Assembly (NCBI GenBank): GCA_038874115.1
Contig: JAVZDC010000001.1
Span: forward strand, 138,871-202,870
Origin: an archaeon
Lineage (GTDB): Archaea > B1Sed10-29 > JAVZDC01
Reading direction: 5' to 3'
Length of the DNA stretch: 64,000 bases
Shown here: positions 57,616 to 64,000 of the stretch, piece after piece
Layout of the letters: each line of letters starts with the position of its first letter
Numbering within the stretch: the stretch's first letter is position 1
Notes under the pieces: model-generated
Seen by the model: only the letters and a program-made list of their open reading frames with translations
Told to the model about the DNA's origin: nothing
Databases searched by the model: none
Made by a program: the position numbers and the translations under genes

Positions 57616-57658
57616 ATCTTAGAAATGCTGGGTGCAAATTTTGCAATTTTTCTAAGAT
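57616..57658. repeat. Nested inverted repeat upstream of the thermosome gene
   Basis: ATCTTAGAAA (57616-25) / TTTCTAAGAT (57649-58) enclosing TGCAAA-T-TTTGCA (57633-45). Confidence 0.7.
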
Positions 57659-57706
57659 TTTTAACGTGCTATATTATTTTTAATTAAATATTCAAGAGGT
57701 GGTTTA

Positions 57707-59353
57707 ATGAACGATCAGATGGGAGCACAACCTGTAATTATCTTACCTGAAAAAACTTCAAGACTTTTGGGTAAAACTGCTCAAAAAATGAATATTGCAG
57801 TAGCAAAAGCTGTTGCTGAAGCAGTAAGGTCAACCTTGGGGCCAAAAGGAATGGATAAAATGTTAGTGGATGAACTCGGAGATGTAACGATAACAAACGA
57901 TGGAGCAACGATCCTTAAAGAAATGCACATAGAACATCCAGTTGGAAAAATGATGGTTGAGGTTGCAAAAACACAAGACGAAGAAACGGGGGACGGAACA
58001 ACTTCTGCTGTTGTAATGGCTGGGGAGCTTTTAAGGAGAGCTGAAGATCTTTTAGACCAAAATATCCATCCAAGTACTTTAATTAATGGGTATAAATTGG
58101 CGTCTGAGAAAGCTCAAGAAGAGCTTCCAAAAATTGCTGAACCAGTAGATATAAAAGATACAAAAAATTTGCTTGAGGTTGCTAAAACAACCATGGCTTC
58201 AAAAGGAACTACAGGAACTTCAAAAGAGAAGCTTGCACAAATTGTCGTAGATGCTATTCAAAGAGTTGCTGAAAAAGTGGATGGTGGATGGGTAATTAAT
58301 GAAGATTATATAAAAATAGAGAAAAAACAAGGAGGAAGCTTAGATGACTCAGAGCTTATAAACGGAATAGTAATCGATAAAGAAAGAGTACACTCCGGAA
58401 TGCCTAAAAAAGTTGAAAATGCGAAAATCGCGTTACTCGACTGTGCTTTGGAAATAGAGAAAACGGAAACTGATGCAAGAATAAACATTAGCTCTCCTGA
58501 ACAATTACAACAATTCTTAGATCAAGAGGAAAAAATATTGGAGGGCATGGTAGAAAGAATAGCAAAAACTGGTGCTAATGTCGTTTTCTGCCAAAAAGGA
58601 ATTGATGATTTGGCCCAACATTACTTAGCTAAAAAAGGAATTTATGCTGTTAGAAGGGTTAAGAAATCGGATCTGGATAAACTTGCAAGAGCTACTGGGG
58701 GGAATATAGTTACGAACATTAAAGACTTGGAGTCTAAAGATTTGGGAAAAGCAGGCATTGTTGAAGAATTAAAAATTGCAGGAGAAACGATGACTTTTGT
58801 TAGAGAATGTGAAAATCCAAAAGCAGTCACAATATTAATAAGAGGAGGGACAGAGCATGTCGTTGCTGAAGCTGAAAGAGCGGTTGAAGATGCAATTGGA
58901 GCAGTTTCCTCTGCAGTTGAGATGGGTAAAATAGTGGTTGGCGGAGGTGCTGTTGAAGTTGAATTGGCAATGAAATTAAGAGAATACGCGAAAGAAGTTG
59001 GTGGAAGAGAACAATTAGCTATAGAAGCATTTGCAGACAGTTTAGAAATCATCCCTAGGACCTTGGCTGAAAGCGCAGGAATGGACCCAATAGACACGTT
59101 AGTGAAACTAAGAGCACAACATGCCAAAGGTAACAAATACATGGGAATCCATGTATTCCATGCAAAAATCGAAAATATGAAAGAAAACAACGTTCTTGAA
59201 CCAATGAAAGTTAAAAAACAAGCGATTGCAAGCGCGGCAGAAGCTGCGGAGATGATTTTAAAGATCGATGACGTTATAGCTGCAAGCAGGGAGAAAACTC
59301 CGCCTGTAGGACCAAAAGGAGAGGGGATGGGTGGAGGAGAAATGATGGACTAA
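57707..59353 (+). CDS. ths: Thermosome (group II chaperonin) subunit
   Basis: [35 protein letters not shown]-like tail. Confidence 0.97.
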   Translation: MNDQMGAQPVIILPEKTSRLLGKTAQKMNIAVAKAVAEAVRSTLGPKGMDKMLVDELGDVTITNDGATILKEMHIEHPVGKMMVEVAKTQDEETGDGTTSAVVMAGELLRRAEDLLDQNIHPSTLINGYKLASEKAQEELPKIAEPVDIKDTKNLLEVAKTTMASKGTTGTSKEKLAQIVVDAIQRVAEKVDGGWVINEDYIKIEKKQGGSLDDSELINGIVIDKERVHSGMPKKVENAKIALLDCALEIEKTETDARINISSPEQLQQFLDQEEKILEGMVERIAKTGANVVFCQKGIDDLAQHYLAKKGIYAVRRVKKSDLDKLARATGGNIVTNIKDLESKDLGKAGIVEELKIAGETMTFVRECENPKAVTILIRGGTEHVVAEAERAVEDAIGAVSSAVEMGKIVVGGGAVEVELAMKLREYAKEVGGREQLAIEAFADSLEIIPRTLAESAGMDPIDTLVKLRAQHAKGNKYMGIHVFHAKIENMKENNVLEPMKVKKQAIASAAEAAEMILKIDDVIAASREKTPPVGPKGEGMGGGEMMD

Positions 59354-59372
59354 AGTAAAATATATAAAATCC

Positions 59373-59390
59373 TTTTTCTTTTTTTTTATT
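59373..59390 (+). terminator. Oligo-T terminator after the thermosome gene
   Basis: TTTTTCTTTTTTTTTATT starting about 20 nt after the stop. Confidence 0.45.
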
Positions 59391-59717
59391 ATGCTGTTTA
59401 CGATCGTAATTTACAATGCTGATTTTGCAAAAAATCTTGCGAATTTATTGGTCGAAAATGTAGCCAACGCGCAAGTAAGGGTTAAAAAAGCATCGGATTT
59501 GTTTGATTGCTTAGCATTATTAAAACAAAGTATTTCTTCAGACTACTTAATTCTTATTGGAGAGATAGAAAAAAAGTATGAGGGGGCGTTCTATACTGGA
59601 TTAGCAGTTTTGCAGGCGGATACAGGTAAATCGATAATTAAAAAAATCTTCTCTGAAGATGAACAACCTCCAAGTTTAGAAGAAATTTTAGAAGATATTT
59701 TAAATAAAATCAGATAG
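59391..59717 (+). CDS. Small protein with degenerate archaeal riboflavin synthase / lumazine synthase-like fold
   Basis: GLAVLQADTGKSIIKKIFSEDE resembles the archaeal RibC motif GL..AQLMT.KHIIEV.VHEDE. Confidence 0.5.
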   Translation: MLFTIVIYNADFAKNLANLLVENVANAQVRVKKASDLFDCLALLKQSISSDYLILIGEIEKKYEGAFYTGLAVLQADTGKSIIKKIFSEDEQPPSLEEILEDILNKIR

Positions 59718-60341
59718 CTTTTTTTGCTTAGAATTTAATTTGGAAATAGTTGACCAAGATTCTCTTACGTATTCCGGATAATTTCCTTTTAAAGACTCTA
59801 GAAACTTTATAGTTCTTGGGTCCGAAGGGTAACCGCTTCCAAAATCGTATTTTATTGATTCTTTAATGGCTTGTATTTCTTCATCTCTTTTCACTTTTGC
59901 TAAAATCGATGCTGCTGAGACTTCAGGATAACGTACGTCTGCTTTATGTCTTGCGACTATGATTCCGGAAAAATTAAAATGTTTCATTATCCTTCTTGAA
60001 AAGTTCTCTTCATCCGGGTCTGGAGCATCAATAGTTACTTTTTGTACTTTTTTATCAATTTTCTTCAAAATCTCCGCAATTTTAATGGCCTCGAGTTCGT
60101 TTAAAGATACTTTCTTTTCATCAATTTCTTTTGGAGATATTTTAACAATATAATATTCTTTAGCAAGAGTTAGAATTTTAGGAACTAATTCTTCTCTTTT
60201 GGCCTGGGTCAAAAGCTTTGAATCCTTTACTCCTATCTTTTTAAGTTTTAAAATATCGTTTTGATCAAAAACTATACATGCGATTACCATTGGTCCAATG
60301 CATGGCCCTCTTCCTGCTTCATCAATCCCTGCAACAAGCAT
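59700..60341 (-). CDS. rnhB: Ribonuclease HII
   Basis: GIDEAGRG, DSK.L, HKAD, AASILAKV.RD, GSGYPSDP. Confidence 0.97.
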   Translation of the reverse strand: MLVAGIDEAGRGPCIGPMVIACIVFDQNDILKLKKIGVKDSKLLTQAKREELVPKILTLAKEYYIVKISPKEIDEKKVSLNELEAIKIAEILKKIDKKVQKVTIDAPDPDEENFSRRIMKHFNFSGIIVARHKADVRYPEVSAASILAKVKRDEEIQAIKESIKYDFGSGYPSDPRTIKFLESLKGNYPEYVRESWSTISKLNSKQKKLSDFI

Positions 60342-60371
60342 ATTTAATTATGAAAAAGTTATATATAAAGC

Positions 60372-61385
60372 ATGGATGAGATTAAACTTTTAAAAATTAA
60401 AGAAGGAGAAACTTGGTTAAAAGTTCCAGATTTAAACGTGTATAAAAAGCCAGAATACGCGCCAGTCTTTTATAACCCAGAGATGGCTTTTGATAGAAAC
60501 GTGAGTGTAGAATTTTTGAGAATTGTTAAACCTAAAAAAGTTTTGGATTTACTCTGCGGAATAGGAGCAAGAGGAATTAGGTATGCTAAAGAAGTTGGGG
60601 TTAATGTTATATGTAATGATGCATGCGAAAAAGCTATAGAAATTGCGAAGGAAAATGCAGGAATAAATGGGGTAGAAGTTGAATTTTCAAATGAAGAAGC
60701 GAACAGATTTCTATTGAAAAATATGGAAAAATTCGAATATATAGACATAGATCCCTTTGGATCCCCAGTTTATTTTCTAAATAATTCTTTCTTACGTATT
60801 ATTCCAAAAGGCGGATATTTAATGTGTACTGCTACAGATACTGGAACTTTATGTGGGAAGTTTGCAAAAAGGACTTTTAAAAGATATTTTGTAAAATCTG
60901 GGAAAAATTCTGCTGAGCATGAAATAGGTGTGAGAACTTTGATAGGCTGCATAGTGAGATTTGGGTTAATGTATGACATTAGTGTGAAAGTACAGTATGC
61001 GTACGCAAGAAAACATTATTATAGAGTATGTGTAAAAACTATGGGGAGTAAGGATTTGGAGAAAAACATGGAGAAAATTGGTTTTTATAAAGGCATAGGT
61101 CCTATTTGGCTTGGAGAACTTGGGGAAAAAGAGATTATAGAAAAGCTTGGAGAAGATAAAATATTTAAATACTTGAAAGAAGAATGCGAATTTGAAAAGC
61201 CATACGTGGATATACGAAAAGAATTTCCTAAAAACCCTGTGAAGATAGAAAAAGTTGTGGAAACTTTAAAAGAGCAAGGTTATAAAGCAAGTAGGACTCA
61301 TTTTTGTCCTACTGGGATAAAAACAGATGCGAGTTTTGAGGATTTAAAGAAAATTTTGGAAGATTTATCTGAAAAAGGAACTTGA
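60372..61385 (+). CDS. trm1: tRNA (guanine-26) N2,N2-dimethyltransferase, shortened
   Basis: VFYNP.M..DR, G.RGIR, DIDPFGSP, TATD, SRTHF..GIKTDA. Confidence 0.93.
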   Translation: MDEIKLLKIKEGETWLKVPDLNVYKKPEYAPVFYNPEMAFDRNVSVEFLRIVKPKKVLDLLCGIGARGIRYAKEVGVNVICNDACEKAIEIAKENAGINGVEVEFSNEEANRFLLKNMEKFEYIDIDPFGSPVYFLNNSFLRIIPKGGYLMCTATDTGTLCGKFAKRTFKRYFVKSGKNSAEHEIGVRTLIGCIVRFGLMYDISVKVQYAYARKHYYRVCVKTMGSKDLEKNMEKIGFYKGIGPIWLGELGEKEIIEKLGEDKIFKYLKEECEFEKPYVDIRKEFPKNPVKIEKVVETLKEQGYKASRTHFCPTGIKTDASFEDLKKILEDLSEKGT

Positions 61386-62027
61386 AATAGCAACAACTAA
61401 AAGAATAAGAACTATGAAGAAAGCTAAAACTTTGGCAAACTTCACAATTTTTTCATGTTCTGCTCCACCAGTTTCTTTCTTTTTTTCTTCTTTGGATTCT
61501 TCTTTCTTTTTTGTTTCCTCTACTTTCTTTTCTTCTTTCTTCTCCTCAAGTTTCTTTTCCTCTTTTGCTAATTCCTCCTTCTTTTCTTCAACTGATTTCT
61601 TTTTTTCCTCAACTTCAGCTTTCTTTTCAACTTCTAACTTTTGGAATATTATAGGAATTACTTCTTCTTTCTTTTTAATTTCGACACGTTTAGCTTTTTC
61701 CTTAATTTCTTTTGGTAGTTTTTCTAACAACAAACTTAAAAGAAGATATTCGTTAGATAAGTGAGTGTGAGTTTCATGAAGTTTTTCATCATATTCTTCT
61801 TTTAATTTTTTAAATATCGCTTCTTTTTTATCTTCCAAAGATCGATATCTTTCGAAAAGGGGCACCAGTTTTTCAAAATCTAATTTTTCTTGTTTTTTTT
61901 CTAAAATATGAGCCACAGCTGCAGCTAGTTTTTCCTTTTCTTTAATCTTTGACTTCTCAATCGCATTTATATATTTTTTACAGGATTCTTGCAGTCTTTT
62001 TTCAATCTCAACCATTCTTTCACGCAA
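61365..62027 (-). CDS. Coiled-coil protein with E/K-rich linker and C-terminal TM (tail-anchored)
   Basis: No signal peptide; ends FAKVLAFFIVLILLVVAISSSFFR. Confidence 0.7.
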   Translation of the reverse strand: MRERMVEIEKRLQESCKKYINAIEKSKIKEKEKLAAAVAHILEKKQEKLDFEKLVPLFERYRSLEDKKEAIFKKLKEEYDEKLHETHTHLSNEYLLLSLLLEKLPKEIKEKAKRVEIKKKEEVIPIIFQKLEVEKKAEVEEKKKSVEEKKEELAKEEKKLEEKKEEKKVEETKKKEESKEEKKKETGGAEHEKIVKFAKVLAFFIVLILLVVAISSSFFR

Positions 62028-62139
62028 TGTTTTTTCTATAAATAGGGAATATCTATGGAAATATTTAAGCTTTTGTTTAATTTCTAGTTTTAAGAGAATT
62101 AAAGATCATTTACAATACGTGATATGAGGATAATTTTAC

Positions 62140-63765
62140 TTACTTCCTCTTAAATTTCTTAATAAATTCTTCCTCTTTAGATTTAATTCTTTCTATGTCC
62201 TCTTGATCAAAACAACCTTTTAAACTTTCAAGAATATTCAAACCTCTTTCCAGCCAATTCGGATATTCCTCCAGGCGCTCTTTGAAAGGAGCTGCTTTTT
62301 CGATCAATCTTCTGTTTTTTACCAGTACTTCAGCGGTTATTCTTGCGAGTTCTCTTTTAAGCATTGCTCGATCTTCTTGAGAAGCACTTCTGTACTTTTC
62401 CAATGCTTCGTTTAAATTATTTTTGATTAATCCTTCCACTTCTTGTGCAAGCTCTTTCACTTTTTGATCTTCAATAGAAACACTTCGTTTCATCTCTTCC
62501 TCCAGTTTTTCCCAGTCTGCAATAACTGATTCGGCGCTGCGTACTGTTTCTTCAAACTCCTTCCTCTTTTCTTCGACAGTTTTTGGACCCTCCGGCTTTT
62601 TTTCTTCTTCTTTTGATGGTGCTGGTGGTAGAACTGGCTTTTTTTTCCCGATTTGATCAAGCTGAAGTTTATATTGTGCTAAAAATTGCTCTGCTTTTCC
62701 CAGAGTTTCTTTCGCCTCTTTTAAAGTTTTATCTAGATCCTCGAAATTTATTTCTGGAATTTTTGGCAGCTCAAACTTCTTTTCAGGAGTTTTTGGACCT
62801 TCCGGAGCGCTTGAAGGCCTTTTTTCAGGTGCAGTCTCCTTTTCTTCGCGTCTTTGTTTGATTTCCTCTCCAAGACTATGATATAATTGTAAAGTTTTAT
62901 CCTGTATTTCTTTTAAATCTTCTGTGAACTTAGAAAAATAATTAACTGCCCTTGTAGTTTCGTTTAAATATTTATCAATCTCATTTGCAAGTTCTGAATG
63001 CTTAGGATAAATAGTTTTTAAATCGTCGGCAATCCTCTTGAGTTGTTCAAGTCTTTTCGAAAAAGTATTCGCTTGTTCTAAATATACAGGAACAATAGCA
63101 TAAACATCTCTAGTTTTATATTTTTCAAGCTCAGACAAGAATTCTGAAATTTGTTTTCTTATGTTTTTAAGATCCTTTTCTTTTACCTGTTTTGGCTCCT
63201 GAACTTTCTTAAGAGAATCTTCAACACGTGTATTAAGACTTTTTATAGTTTCTTTTGTTAATTCTACACCCTTTAGAAGATTTTTATTAACTTGCGCTAT
63301 TTGAAATAGATTCAATTTGATAAAATGACTTAACAATGTATCATACTTCCCTGCTTTAAAATCTCTATAAACTCCTTGGTGTTCTTCTAAAGCCTTAGAA
63401 ATACGAGCTAATTTATCTTGCTCAGCAGATAATTCTTCTTTAGAAAGATAAGCAGCTTGCGGCCCAACCACTTTATCATATTGTTCTGCATACTTGGATT
63501 GTAATTCTTCCAATCGCTCGACCAATCGATCTAAATGTCCTGTTTTTATAAGGCGTAAAACAGATCCATGAATATTAAAGTGCCTATTTAGTTCTTCAAG
63601 TTTATCGTGCAATTTCTTTTGTTCCTCTGGAGTTAAAGTACGCATGTAACGGGGGTTTGTAACTTTATCAAAAACATCTGCATATTCACTTTGAAGTTTC
63701 TTTATTTTCTTATTTAACTCACTTTCAAATTCAGACGAAACCCTTTTTTGATATCTTACAGCCAT
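62140..63765 (-). CDS. Large orphan helical protein with internal repeats
   Basis: 541-aa ORF with purine-rich SD; two ~64-aa N-terminal repeats; Pro-rich linkers. Confidence 0.75.
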   Translation of the reverse strand: MAVRYQKRVSSEFESELNKKIKKLQSEYADVFDKVTNPRYMRTLTPEEQKKLHDKLEELNRHFNIHGSVLRLIKTGHLDRLVERLEELQSKYAEQYDKVVGPQAAYLSKEELSAEQDKLARISKALEEHQGVYRDFKAGKYDTLLSHFIKLNLFQIAQVNKNLLKGVELTKETIKSLNTRVEDSLKKVQEPKQVKEKDLKNIRKQISEFLSELEKYKTRDVYAIVPVYLEQANTFSKRLEQLKRIADDLKTIYPKHSELANEIDKYLNETTRAVNYFSKFTEDLKEIQDKTLQLYHSLGEEIKQRREEKETAPEKRPSSAPEGPKTPEKKFELPKIPEINFEDLDKTLKEAKETLGKAEQFLAQYKLQLDQIGKKKPVLPPAPSKEEEKKPEGPKTVEEKRKEFEETVRSAESVIADWEKLEEEMKRSVSIEDQKVKELAQEVEGLIKNNLNEALEKYRSASQEDRAMLKRELARITAEVLVKNRRLIEKAAPFKERLEEYPNWLERGLNILESLKGCFDQEDIERIKSKEEEFIKKFKRK

Positions 63766-63829
63766 GTCCTTTCCCTCTATTTATCATTTTATTTTTATGG
63801 CTTTTTAAAGATTTCCTTTTGTGAAAGAA

Positions 63830-64000
63830 TTATGTGAAGGAAGCAACAACTGCCACCAGTACTCCTACTACTAAAAGAAGAAGGATTATTTTCATTATAT
63901 CTTCGCTTAGGCCCGGGGATGGACCTAAACTAACCGCTGGACCTTCCACAACCGCTCCTCCACTTGGTACAATACCCCTGCCAAACCCTTTTCGCAAAGG
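63830..64000 (-). CDS. C-terminal end of a protein with a terminal TM helix (partial)
   Basis: Manual translation ...PLRKGFGRGIVPSGGAVVEGPAVSLGPSPGLSEDIMKIILLLLVVGVLVAVVASFT*. Confidence 0.65.
   Translation of the reverse strand, partial: PLRKGFGRGIVPSGGAVVEGPAVSLGPSPGLSEDIMKIILLLLVVGVLVAVVASFT

Noticed and set aside
63900..64000. GC-richer stretch suggesting SRP or RNase P RNA
   Set aside because: It reads as an open minus-strand frame (G/P linker, TM helix, stop), and no SRP helix-8 motif is visible
1..64000. CRISPR array, IS element, rRNA or alternative genetic code
   Set aside because: No regularly spaced repeats, transposase motifs or long structured GC-rich tract were seen by eye; conserved genes are full-length under the standard code with all three stop codons used

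Overview
A gene-dense, AT-rich archaeal chromosomal segment. The archaeal call rests on TFB, Alba, exosome, proteasome, thermosome, aIF5A and archaeal-type MAT/ProRS. Tight packing, shortened proteins and many orphan surface proteins suggest a small-genome DPANN-like lineage (inference). Contents: (1) a CDP-deoxysugar and glycosyltransferase cluster (rfbF-rfbG-epimerase-reductase-rfbH); (2) gar1-tfb, MAT, a histone-fold protein, DUF2070 and two GT4 genes; (3) argS and six intronless tRNAs interleaved with protein genes; (4) a secG operon divergent from three tandem paralogous membrane-anchored proteins; (5) DNA ligase and Alba; (6) the exosome/proteasome/RNase P superoperon, bracketed by two PRC-barrel genes and a DUF2226-orf-minD module; (7) a proS-valS-ileS operon, thermosome, rnhB and trm1; (8) orphan coiled-coil and tail-anchored proteins. 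No CRISPR array, transposase, integrase or rRNA was seen. Best leads: an ORF abutting minD whose N-terminus matches the bacterial MinE membrane-targeting and contact helices in register; the three-paralog surface module; a promoter-driven CU-rich sRNA candidate; and an E3-less 3,6-dideoxyhexose pathway. All family calls come from motif recognition by eye, with no database searches.
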